This document shows, piece by piece, positions 38,596-47,440 of a stretch of 64,000 bases of DNA. Where the stretch lies: assembly GCA_964291415.2 (NCBI GenBank), contig OZ219917.1, positions 800,001 through 864,000 of the forward strand, read 5' to 3'. Each line of letters starts with the position of its first letter. Position 1 is the first letter of the stretch. A program made the translations under genes and the position numbers. The stretch comes from Alphaproteobacteria bacterium (lineage in GTDB: Bacteria; Pseudomonadota; Alphaproteobacteria; SP197). Below the pieces are notes generated by a model. That model ran no database searches. It was not told the origin of the DNA and was given only the letters and a program-made list of their open reading frames with translations.

Positions 38596-40164
38596 CTACG
38601 GTGCGATGCGGGCAAACTCCTCGATGTACCTCAACTCGTCCTCATAGCCTTCGGCCGGATGAATCTTCACTTCGACGAGATCATTGCGGTAGGCAATGAC
38701 GTTGTTCTTGTTGACAAGAGCCAGCATGTTCGCCCCGTCGTCGATCATCGTGCAGATCTCGGCGAAAAGGGCATCCCTTTCGGCGCCATCAGGCGTGCTC
38801 TGTGCTTCGGCGATCTTGTCGTTGAGTTCAGGCACCGAGACGAAGTAGTGAGCGTTCCATCCGGTTTTCTCCGGGTTCCACGATCCAAGAACGATGGCCG
38901 GATCGCCATAGCCTGAAAGCCACGTCACATTGAGATCGAAATCGCCGCGCACCCATACCGCGTCGATCCACTCCGCGTAACCGAGCTGACGGATGTTCAC
39001 GTTCATGTCGATGTCAGCGAGTTGCTGCTTGATCACCTGGGCGATCAACACGAGCGATGCCAGGTCAGATGTCGTCAGCATCTCGACCTCGACTCCCTCG
39101 GCCCCGGCCTCCGCCATCAGGGCCTGCGCCCTTTCAAGCCTCGATTCGCGCGTTCCTGAGTAGGAAGGAACGTCGGCGCAAACCTTCGATGAGGAGAACG
39201 TCCTCGGAAGCGGGTAGTCGACGGCGCCCATGCCGCCAAGCGCCACACGGCTGATCTCCTCGCGGTCAAGGGCAAGATTCATCGCCTGACGGACACGGAT
39301 ATCGTAGAAGGGCGACTCCTCGTCCAAGGCTTGAACATCGAGATTGTAGTAGCTCGCCGTCTCCTGCGTCACGACGGTGATGTTCTCATCGCCCTGGAGA
39401 AGGACCGGAAGATCCGGATTGACGAAAGTGCCGATGTCCGCACGCCCGTCGCGAAGCGCGGCGATTCTCGCCGACTCGTCCAGGATGATCAGGATTTTCA
39501 ACTCGTCGGCGACGGGCAGTCCCTCGCCCCAGTAGTGCGGGTTGGCCTGATAGGTCCAGGACTGGTCCTGCAGATGTTCCGTGACCATGAACGGACCGGA
39601 GCCCATCAGCTCCTTGGTCGGGTCGAACGTTCCCGCATTGTATTCCTCCATCGGCATGATCGCGGTGGAGACATGGGCAAGCGCTGCGAGCAGCTGCGTG
39701 TGCGGCGCGTCAAGCTCGATGCGCACCCCGTGGTCGCCTTCCGCGACGATCTCGCTGACGGGACCCAGATTGCCGGCCCACCACGAGCCGGTAGCGGGAT
39801 CGAGAACACGGTTCAGACTGCCGACGACATCGCTCGCGACAACGGGCCTGCCGTTGGAGAAGGCTGCGTTCTCGCGGAGTCGGAAGATATAGGTCGTGGG
39901 AGACATCTGTTCCCACGATTCGGCGATGCCGGGCTGGATGTCGAGAGTTTCTCCGGTTGTCACGAGCGTGTCGTAGACCGGAAAGAAGAACTTCCAGGTA
40001 TTGCCGTTGAAGTCCGTGTGCGGGTCGAGGGACTGCGCCTCGTCGGGCTTGGCCCAGGTAATCGTGCCGCCTTCCGCCAGGGAAGAACCGGCACCGGAAA
40101 TCAGCATCATCCCGGAAACCACCAGGAAACTGAACGTGATCAGGAACCTCTTTGCAAGATGCAT
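38596..40164 (-). CDS. Family 5 (peptide/nickel) ABC substrate-binding protein
   Basis: Signal peptide; SLDPH, YDTLV, FSNG, GSGPF, NPHYWG, RVRQAMNLALDR. Confidence 0.94.
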   Translation of the reverse strand: MHLAKRFLITFSFLVVSGMMLISGAGSSLAEGGTITWAKPDEAQSLDPHTDFNGNTWKFFFPVYDTLVTTGETLDIQPGIAESWEQMSPTTYIFRLRENAAFSNGRPVVASDVVGSLNRVLDPATGSWWAGNLGPVSEIVAEGDHGVRIELDAPHTQLLAALAHVSTAIMPMEEYNAGTFDPTKELMGSGPFMVTEHLQDQSWTYQANPHYWGEGLPVADELKILIILDESARIAALRDGRADIGTFVNPDLPVLLQGDENITVVTQETASYYNLDVQALDEESPFYDIRVRQAMNLALDREEISRVALGGMGAVDYPLPRTFSSSKVCADVPSYSGTRESRLERAQALMAEAGAEGVEVEMLTTSDLASLVLIAQVIKQQLADIDMNVNIRQLGYAEWIDAVWVRGDFDLNVTWLSGYGDPAIVLGSWNPEKTGWNAHYFVSVPELNDKIAEAQSTPDGAERDALFAEICTMIDDGANMLALVNKNNVIAYRNDLVEVKIHPAEGYEDELRYIEEFARIAP

Positions 40165-40288
40165 GGTGACAAACTCCCCTCTTGCCGACGCCCGCTTCAA
40201 AGTCGGGCTGACGAGCAGTTACCGCGGCCCGGTTGCCGGAGAGTGCGCTTTCGCGTCTTCCGCAGGCCCCGAGTATTGTTCGCTGTTT

Positions 40289-40454
40289 GCGCCGACGTTG
40301 AGATCAGGCAGGGACGAAGGGGCGCAACCCGCCACCATCAAGGCGGCCCTGCGGTGCGCACCATGGACCGTTCGCTGGTCCCCTTCGTAACAGGTTGTCA
40401 CGCGGTTCCCCCTGAATCACCCCGGGTACAGCTCCCCGGGTGATTGGTCGGCGC
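40289..40454 (-). ncRNA. Candidate structured 5' leader (riboswitch-like) upstream of the ABC operon
   Basis: Nested complementary segments: 40289-96/40447-54 (8 bp), 40415-26/40434-45 (11 of 12), 40314-22/40380-88 (9 bp), plus inner hairpins; no known family recognised. Confidence 0.35.
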
Positions 40455-40670
40455 GCCAAGTCTATATCATTCGTCACGACCCGCAAAGCGCATTCACGGG
40501 CGGTATCCCTGTGGATGCCGGGGGCTGCTCATGCGTTATACTCGACCCGGGCCTTCCGTCTCGAGTGAGCCCTGTTGCTGCCTGGACTTCCGATATCAGG
40601 GAACGGGCGGAATCCGGGGGAGGTGAGGCCAGTCCGGACCGTCCGGTCTGCCGCGGGCGGCAAAGGGAGG

Positions 40671-40979
40671 ATGGGCAAGATGTACAAGATCGATCCGGCA
40701 CGCAAGGACCTGGTGGAGGAGTTTCGGGCCAACCCGGTGGGCAACCACAGCGCCGACCTCCAGCAGATGCTCAACGTGGTGCGCGCAGAACCGTTTCCCG
40801 GAAAGTACGTTCTGATTTGCATCAAGCCCCATCGCGAATGGGTGCTGGGCAGGCTCAGCGGGGTGCGCGGCGACCCGGTGGAGATTCTCGAGGACCGGGT
40901 GTTCACGCGCGCCGAAGATGCGGAGTGGGAGGTGTTCAGGCGACGTTGGAAAGCGCTGACCGGCGAATGCCTCGACTGA
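40671..40979 (+). CDS. N,N-dimethylformamidase alpha (small) subunit-like protein
   Basis: EF..NPVGNHSADL..MLN..R...GKYVL....PHREW.L...AEWEVFRRRW; directly upstream of the beta subunit. Confidence 0.85.
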   Translation: MGKMYKIDPARKDLVEEFRANPVGNHSADLQQMLNVVRAEPFPGKYVLICIKPHREWVLGRLSGVRGDPVEILEDRVFTRAEDAEWEVFRRRWKALTGECLD

Positions 40980-41010
40980 AGCATCCGTCCGATCGAAAGG
41001 GGGGAGGGCA

Positions 41011-43272
41011 ATGATCAAGCACAAGAAAATCGTCGGATACACGGATCGTATCAGCGCGGCGCCGGGCGACACCGTCGGCTTCATGGTGAGCTGCTACGAC
41101 GGTGTCACGCGCTACCGGGCAGATGTCGTGCGGCTGATTTCCGGCGATCTCCATCCGCAGGGCGCCGGCTTCAAGGAGACGGCGTTCGATACGCCGGCAG
41201 CGGGCGACTTCCCCGGACGCGAGCAGAAAATCCATGCAGGCTCTCACGCGGAGATCGCCGACCGGACGCCCTTTTTCGCACTGTCCAGTTTCACGCTCCA
41301 GGCGATGATCTGGCCTACCACTCCGCAACGCGGGCGCCAGGCACTGCTCGGCGCGTGGTCCGAACCGGAGCAGCGCGGGTATGCGTTGATGATCGGGGAT
41401 GACGCGGCGCCGATGCTGGTGCTGGGCGATGGGCAGGGAAACATCGAAACCGTGAGCACGGCCAAACCCCTGCTGGAGCGCCAATGGTGTTTCGTCGGCG
41501 CGAGCTTCGATGCGGAAACCCGCACGGCATGCGTGGTTCAGGTTCCCTCGGTCGAGTATCCCCTGGCCGATTCGACCGCCGAAGTCCGGCGAGCAGTGGC
41601 GATCGACGCACCGGTTACCGTCGAGGCGCCGTTCATGATCGCCGCGGTGTACGACGGAGAGGCGGGCGATCGAGCGATCGGAGCGCACCACTACAACGGC
41701 AAGATCGACAGTCCGCGCGTCGCCAACCGTGCGCTGGACCGCGAAGCGATGACAGCATTGATGCAGCGTCCTATACCGGCCGGGCTTCTGTCGTCTGTTG
41801 TCGCGGCGTGGGACTTCTCGCGGGCGATTCCGACGGACCAAATCGAGGATCTGTCCCCCAACCGCCTCGACGGCACCCTCGTCAATCTGCCGGCACGGGC
41901 GATGACCGGCCACGCCTGGACCGGAGAAGAGATGAACTGGCGCCACGCGCCGGAGCAGTACGGTGCGGTTCATTTCCATGAAGACGACATCCACGACGCG
42001 GGCTGGGAGGTCGACTTCGAACTTGTCATACCCGAGACCATGAAAAGCGGTGTCTATGCCGCACGTCTCGCCTCGGGCAGCGACGAGGACCGGATCCCGT
42101 TTTTCGTGCGTCCGCCGCGCGGTGTCAGGACCGCGGATCTGGCACTGCTGATCCCGACCGCGAGCTACTGGGCCTACGCCAACGAGCACATGGCGATAGA
42201 GGCGAGCGATTACGAGGCGTTCTCCGGCCATCTCACGTCGCTCAATTCGGAAGACCTGTTCCTCAATTCCCATCCCGAGTTCGGGCATTCGCTTTACGAC
42301 GTTTTCGCCGACGGCAGCGGCGTCTGCTATTCATCGCGTCTGCGTCCGGTTCTCAACATGCGGCCCGGCGTCACCATTTCCTGGGTCGGACCCGGCGGAA
42401 ACATGCCCTGGCAGTTCAACGCGGACCTGCACATCGTCGACTGGCTCGAAGCCATGGGCCACGACTACGACGTGATCACCGACGATGATCTGGATGCCGA
42501 AGGCTTGCCGCTGATCGACGGGTACCACGCGGTCATGACCGGCACCCATCCCGAATACTACTCAACGCGCATGTGGGATGCGGTCGAGGCGTACCTCGGC
42601 CGCGGGGGGCGACTCATGTACATGGGCGGCAACGGCTTCTACTCGCGGGTCGCCTACAGCGACGCGGTGCCGGGCGCCATCGAGCTGAGGCGCACCGAAG
42701 TCGAGTTCCGCGAGAAGTCGGGGGCTCCGGGCGAGTACTACCACAGCTTCAATGGAGAATACGGCGGCATATGGCGCCGCATCGGCCGCCCGCCCGGGGG
42801 CCTGGTGGGCGTCGGCATGGCCGTCGAGGGTTTTGACATCTGCGGTTACTACAGGCGAAAGCCCGGGAGCCATGATCCCAGGGCGGCTTTCATTTTCGAC
42901 GGTGTCGACGATGACATCATCGGCGATTTCGGCGTCGTCGGGGGCGGTGCCGCCGGTATCGAACTCGATCGCTGCGACACCAGCCTGGGATCGCCGCCAC
43001 ACACCCTGGTGCTCGCGAGCTCGGAGGGCCTTTCGAACCACTATTTCCCGACGGTCGAGGACTGCCTCATGGTGTCGTCCGGCCTCGGCGCCATGGACAA
43101 CCCCCAGGCACGGGGCGACATGGTGTTCTTTGAAACGCCCAACGGCGGCGGCGTGTTCTCGACCAGTTCCATGTCATGGTCCGGAAGTCTCTGCCACAAC
43201 AACTACGACAACAACGTCTCCAGGATCACCGACAACGTGCTCAGGCGCTTCCTCGATCCGACTCCCTTGTAG
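41011..43272 (+). CDS. N,N-dimethylformamidase beta (large) subunit-family protein
   Basis: GYTDR.S..PG, LamG-like region, AVHFHEDD, SGVYAARL, AYANEH, SLYD, GTHPEYY, YMGGNGFY, GIELD. Confidence 0.93.
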   Translation: MIKHKKIVGYTDRISAAPGDTVGFMVSCYDGVTRYRADVVRLISGDLHPQGAGFKETAFDTPAAGDFPGREQKIHAGSHAEIADRTPFFALSSFTLQAMIWPTTPQRGRQALLGAWSEPEQRGYALMIGDDAAPMLVLGDGQGNIETVSTAKPLLERQWCFVGASFDAETRTACVVQVPSVEYPLADSTAEVRRAVAIDAPVTVEAPFMIAAVYDGEAGDRAIGAHHYNGKIDSPRVANRALDREAMTALMQRPIPAGLLSSVVAAWDFSRAIPTDQIEDLSPNRLDGTLVNLPARAMTGHAWTGEEMNWRHAPEQYGAVHFHEDDIHDAGWEVDFELVIPETMKSGVYAARLASGSDEDRIPFFVRPPRGVRTADLALLIPTASYWAYANEHMAIEASDYEAFSGHLTSLNSEDLFLNSHPEFGHSLYDVFADGSGVCYSSRLRPVLNMRPGVTISWVGPGGNMPWQFNADLHIVDWLEAMGHDYDVITDDDLDAEGLPLIDGYHAVMTGTHPEYYSTRMWDAVEAYLGRGGRLMYMGGNGFYSRVAYSDAVPGAIELRRTEVEFREKSGAPGEYYHSFNGEYGGIWRRIGRPPGGLVGVGMAVEGFDICGYYRRKPGSHDPRAAFIFDGVDDDIIGDFGVVGGGAAGIELDRCDTSLGSPPHTLVLASSEGLSNHYFPTVEDCLMVSSGLGAMDNPQARGDMVFFETPNGGGVFSTSSMSWSGSLCHNNYDNNVSRITDNVLRRFLDPTPL

Positions 43273-43556
43273 GCTGGGTTGTCTACGGTTCGAACCCCTG
43301 CTCCTGCCCTGGTCGAGACCACGGTGGACTGCATTCACCTCGTTGAACCGGCGACGATCGTCGACCCCCTCTTGGCCCCGGCTCTGCCATTCGCCGCCCA
43401 CGGCCACGCCGATGCCGGACGAGCAATCCCCGGCACGGCGCCAAACATCGCACCGGGATCTGCATTCAAGGATTTTGTCTGCAAGAGACGCCGATGAACC
43501 CGTGACCTCTCTATGCCGTATTCACAACGGCTTTCTCCACCCAATGGATCGAGCGG

Positions 43557-44114
43557 TCAGGAAGCGGCCGAGTCTGGGTTCAACGCGCCACACACATCTA
43601 AAGCGCTTCGCTTCGCTTCGGGGTGATGTCCACAGGCTAGGTCTCTCGATCTGCCAGTCACCTCTGCCCATCGGGAAAAGAAGGCATCGAAACTCGGCGG
43701 ATTCCGTGGGTACTGAATGCCATCGTTCAGACCAATCCAAGCATGCATGCTTTCTGTCCAGATGTGAGCAACCGGGCGAAGAAGGTTCGCCTCACGCAGG
43801 GTGCCAGGTTTCACGCTCAGACGATCGGGCTGTCCCACGATCTGATGGAACAGTCGGGTGCCGCAGGTTGCGCAAAAGCTACACTCCATGTCGTCGCCGG
43901 AAGGCAGATGACGTATCCACTTCCTTGTCTCACCAGTAAGGGTCTGTACTTCCGGGTCTGCGATCCACAACGCCATTCCAAATGCACTGGAGGTTTGCCG
44001 CTGGCACTCCGTGCAGTGGCAAGCGAACAGCGTAAGCGGGACACCGCTCAGTCTGTATCGTACGCCTCCACACTGGCACTGGCCTTCGAAACACCTACTC
44101 ACACCCCTTTGCAT
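43557..44114 (-). CDS. GFA (glutathione-dependent formaldehyde-activating) family protein
   Basis: GQCQCGGVRY...CHCTECQR...FCATCGT...PVAHIW. Confidence 0.9.
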   Translation of the reverse strand: MQRGVSRCFEGQCQCGGVRYRLSGVPLTLFACHCTECQRQTSSAFGMALWIADPEVQTLTGETRKWIRHLPSGDDMECSFCATCGTRLFHQIVGQPDRLSVKPGTLREANLLRPVAHIWTESMHAWIGLNDGIQYPRNPPSFDAFFSRWAEVTGRSRDLACGHHPEAKRSALDVCGALNPDSAAS

Positions 44115-44244
44115 CGATCCCCATCTCCCGCGCACGTGCGTGAAACGTATCATGTATCGTGCGGCACGCGCTTTGGCGCCGTGGGCGCGAAACTCGTGAG
44201 CATCAGGCGGCAGCGCGATAGGGACGCCCTTCGGTGCGTGGTTC

Positions 44245-45132
44245 TCACGCCCGACGCACGTCGGGACCCTGGTCCACCGTCGAGACACCCTCGTGAATTG
44301 TATCCGGACGTGGACCGTCGGCAGATCCTTCGCCGGCAAGCAGATATCCGGGGTCCCGATGCTCGCACCAACCCAGGAATGGACGGTGAATGGAGTAGCC
44401 GACCAATTCCTGGAGTTGTCGGGGCAACGTGCGTGCGACCTCGGGCGGCACCGCCAGATACTGATTCTCTTCCTGGCGCAACCAGCCCAGGCAATAGCCG
44501 ATGTACATTCCCGTGCGCGTGGCGTCCGAACGGTTGGCGCCGCCGCCGTGATAGACCGATCCGAGGTAGACACTGACGGAACCCCGTGACATCTCGACGG
44601 GAATGGTCTCTTCCTGGGTGGGTTGCCGTTCGTCGTTCCACTGGTGGCTGTCGAGAATCATGCGCGTGGCACCGTTCTCGTCCGTAAAGTCGCTCATCGC
44701 CCACAACGTGGCGACGATGAACTCGCGCGGATTTGGATGCCGGAACGGGTACATGCCATCGTCGCGATGAAGCGGCTGCACGGTCTCGCCAGGGCCTATG
44801 GCGATCGTGGTCGTCGACATGATCTGGAACCGATCGCAGAACGGTCCAAGGATGCTGTCGACGATGCCGAGAACGAGGGGTTGGGTCGCAAGCGTGCCCG
44901 CCGCAGGCGATTTCCCCATGAGGCCCGACGTTCGTTTCGTCTCGAAACCCATGATCGTTCCGTCACCCTTGGGTGTTGCGGCCATGTGAGGCGCCATCTC
45001 CTGTTCGATGGCATCCATGATGTGGTTGTCGGCGAGACCTTCGATGACGGCACATCCATCGCGGGTCACTGCTCCAACGATATCCGTCAACGCTGTCGAC
45101 GGATCGAACCTGGCAATATCCCGTTCCGCCAA
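44245..45132 (-). CDS. Phytanoyl-CoA dioxygenase (PhyH)-family protein
   Basis: QPLHRDD, DFTDENGAT, YHGGGANRS, GWLRQEENQYL; TTG with an AGGAGG SD. Confidence 0.93.
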   Translation of the reverse strand: MAERDIARFDPSTALTDIVGAVTRDGCAVIEGLADNHIMDAIEQEMAPHMAATPKGDGTIMGFETKRTSGLMGKSPAAGTLATQPLVLGIVDSILGPFCDRFQIMSTTTIAIGPGETVQPLHRDDGMYPFRHPNPREFIVATLWAMSDFTDENGATRMILDSHQWNDERQPTQEETIPVEMSRGSVSVYLGSVYHGGGANRSDATRTGMYIGYCLGWLRQEENQYLAVPPEVARTLPRQLQELVGYSIHRPFLGWCEHRDPGYLLAGEGSADGPRPDTIHEGVSTVDQGPDVRRA

Positions 45133-45370
45133 GACGGTTCCTCCTTTTCACGCGGGACGATCGCATCGAATCCTCCCGCCTTCAGTGTGGTCCGTGGGCC
45201 ATCCTACCATCAAACAAGGGTTTACCGTGACGGCCTTTCACTTCCCTTAGACACGAGGATGGTGGTCGATGGCCATCTCCCTCGCCGGACTGGGCCAGAG
45301 CCCTCTCACGGTGCCTGACGCAACTCTCATCCGGCGACCCGGTCAAGCCAATGTGACGTGCCAAGCGTCT

Positions 45371-45565
45371 CCCGGCGCGCTCGCCCGCGACGACGTGGCC
45401 GCAGGTTTCGTGTGCCATGCCCCGTGCTTCCTCGGGTGTCACGGCCCCATGGCGTCCCAGTACGAGACCCTGCGGCCGCCTTCCGGCCTTCCCGTCGCCC
45501 CGCCAGAAGCCAGCGGGTGCGTCGGGCGTGTGCGGCAGCCGGCCTTGAGCCGGAGACCCGCATTC
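45371..45565 (-). mobile_element. Probable remnant of a tyrosine integrase N-terminal arm-binding domain
   Basis: Hand translation GRRVS/(frameshift)/LGRHGAVTPEEARGMAHETCGHVVAGE resembles the 'RR.TLGRHG.LTPEEAR..A...L..V..G.DP' arm-binding motif; no catalytic domain follows. Confidence 0.55.
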
Positions 45566-45577
45566 GACGAACTGTGG

Positions 45578-46474
45578 TCAGTCGATCCAGTAGGGGTTGG
45601 ACCAGCCCTGCTTGCCGGCGTCGTCGGTGACGGTGATGCGGAACCAGCTGTTGCGGAAGGGCCAGGTGTCGAAGCGGGCGCCGGTGAGCCCGTCGCCGTC
45701 GATGTAGTCGGCGCGCGACCCCTTGCCCTGGATGGAAATGCGCCGGGCCGGCGTGCAGCGGACGTTGATGTGGCCGTTCTCGACGGCGATGTCGTGGAAG
45801 TCCGGCCCCTGGCTCGCGTAGTAGCGCCCCGCCTTCAGGGAGGCGAGCAGGGCGTCGGGGTCGTTGTCTTCGGCCTGGACCATGACCCAGCCGCCGAGCC
45901 AGTCGTCGACCAGCTTGTGGGCATCGTCGACGGCATAGCCCGAAAGACGCCAGCCCTCATTGAGCAGGACATCGAGAAAGGCCCAGCTGTATCCCCGGTC
46001 GACCTCGATCTCGGAGCCGTGATTGTAGATCTCGACCGCGTGGGCAAAGGGAAGCCTGTGGGCGTCGCCCTGGGTGAGTCCGTACCATGTCGGATGCACC
46101 ATGCCGATGAAGGCGCCCGCCTCGAAGGCCCGCCGGGCGACTTCTGGACCCGTCTCGTCCTTGCGCAGCGCCTCGAAATCGAGGGGCAGGCCGACGGCCT
46201 TGATGTGCCAGATCTCTCCGGCCTCGGTCTCGGGGGCATGCAGTTCGGCGCCGATGATGGTTGTGAAGTCACCGGTCCGGAAGGGCCGCGTGTCCGTGAC
46301 GCCGAACCCGTAGACCTCCATGAAGTGGTCGGTCAGGACGAGGAAGTCGTACCCCTTCTCGCGATAGGCCCGGCAGACGTCACGGGCGGAGTGGTGGCCG
46401 TCCGATGATGTGCTGTGGGTGTGGATGTTGCCCTTGTAGAACCGTCCCGGCCTGCTGAAATCGAGATTCTCCAT
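45578..46474 (-). CDS. PHP-domain metallohydrolase (CehA/McbA-like)
   Basis: GNIHTHSTSSDG, LTDHF, GAELH, HP.W, EIYNH, DDAH. Confidence 0.92.
   Translation of the reverse strand: MENLDFSRPGRFYKGNIHTHSTSSDGHHSARDVCRAYREKGYDFLVLTDHFMEVYGFGVTDTRPFRTGDFTTIIGAELHAPETEAGEIWHIKAVGLPLDFEALRKDETGPEVARRAFEAGAFIGMVHPTWYGLTQGDAHRLPFAHAVEIYNHGSEIEVDRGYSWAFLDVLLNEGWRLSGYAVDDAHKLVDDWLGGWVMVQAEDNDPDALLASLKAGRYYASQGPDFHDIAVENGHINVRCTPARRISIQGKGSRADYIDGDGLTGARFDTWPFRNSWFRITVTDDAGKQGWSNPYWID
45585..45845 (-). repeat. Direct repeat B1: 3' end of the intact PHP gene
   Basis: Partner of 30307-30570, same orientation. Confidence 0.85.
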
Positions 46475-46600
46475 GGCGCCGCTCTCCCGGGGGTCCGCGA
46501 ATCGACAGTGTCATCATGTTGGCGCATCATGACAACAATGTAGTCGGCCGGTTCAGGTCGAGGCGGCGACCATCGTGTGGATCGTGTGAGGGACGGGGAC

Positions 46601-47440
46601 ATGACGGCAGACGGGGCCGGTAGCGGCATGGCGCAATGGAAGTCGGAGTCCGGCGAGAACATCTATCCCTATGACACCAAGATGGACCGCAGGACCTACG
46701 AGAACCGCAAGGCGAGGCTGCAGGTCGAACTTCTCAAGGTCCAGAGATGGGTCAAGGAATCGGGGCAGAAGATCGTCGTCCTCTTCGAGGGGCGCGACGC
46801 CGCCGGCAAGGGTGGCACCATCAAGAGGTTCATGGAGCACCTCAATCCCCGTGGCGCCCGCGTCGTCGCCCTCGACAAGCCGACGGAACGCGAACGCGGC
46901 CAATGGTACTTCCAGCGCTACATCGCCCACCTGCCGACGGCCGGGGAAATCGTCATGTTCGACAGGTCCTGGTACAACCGTGCGGGAGTCGAGCGCGTCA
47001 TGGGATTCTGCACCGACCGGGAGTATCTCGAGTTCACGCGCCAGTGCCCGGAGGTCGAGCGCATGCTGGTCAACAGCGGAATCAGGCTTTTCAAGTACTG
47101 GTTTTCGGTGACCAGGACCGAACAGTCCCGGCGCTTCAATGCCCGTCTGAATGACCCGCTGAAGCAGTGGAAGCTGTCGCCCGTCGACCGAGAGTCACGC
47201 GCCAAGTGGGATGACTACACCCAGGCCAAGGAGGCGATGTTCTTCTACACCGACACGGCCGCCGTACCCTGGGTCATCATCAAGTCCAACGACAAGAAGC
47301 GGGCCCGCATCGCCTGCATGCAGCACTTCCTTTCCAGCCTGCCCTATCCGGACAAGAATGATGACGTCGTCACAGGCCCCGACCCTCTGCTCGTCACGAC
47401 TCCGGACCTTGCGACCCTGCCGGGCGCCATTCCGCACTAG
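46601..47440 (+). CDS. ppk2: Polyphosphate kinase 2
   Basis: FEGRDAAGKGG, QWYFQRY, FDRSWYNRAGVERVMG, WKLSP.D; shares a CTAG stop palindrome with pyk. Confidence 0.97.
   Translation: MTADGAGSGMAQWKSESGENIYPYDTKMDRRTYENRKARLQVELLKVQRWVKESGQKIVVLFEGRDAAGKGGTIKRFMEHLNPRGARVVALDKPTERERGQWYFQRYIAHLPTAGEIVMFDRSWYNRAGVERVMGFCTDREYLEFTRQCPEVERMLVNSGIRLFKYWFSVTRTEQSRRFNARLNDPLKQWKLSPVDRESRAKWDDYTQAKEAMFFYTDTAAVPWVIIKSNDKKRARIACMQHFLSSLPYPDKNDDVVTGPDPLLVTTPDLATLPGAIPH

Noticed and set aside
40225-40270. Glycine riboswitch-like segment (GGAAG...ACUCUCCGG on the minus strand)
   Set aside because: Lacks the conserved GGAGA and CUCUCAGG cores; kept only as part of an unassigned structured leader.
43285-43310. 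tRNA T-arm-like GGTTCGAACCC
   Set aside because: No acceptor, D or anticodon arms could be built around it.
47437-47440. Shared CTAG stop palindrome of convergent ppk2 and pyk
   Set aside because: Real, but a common compact arrangement; not considered novel.
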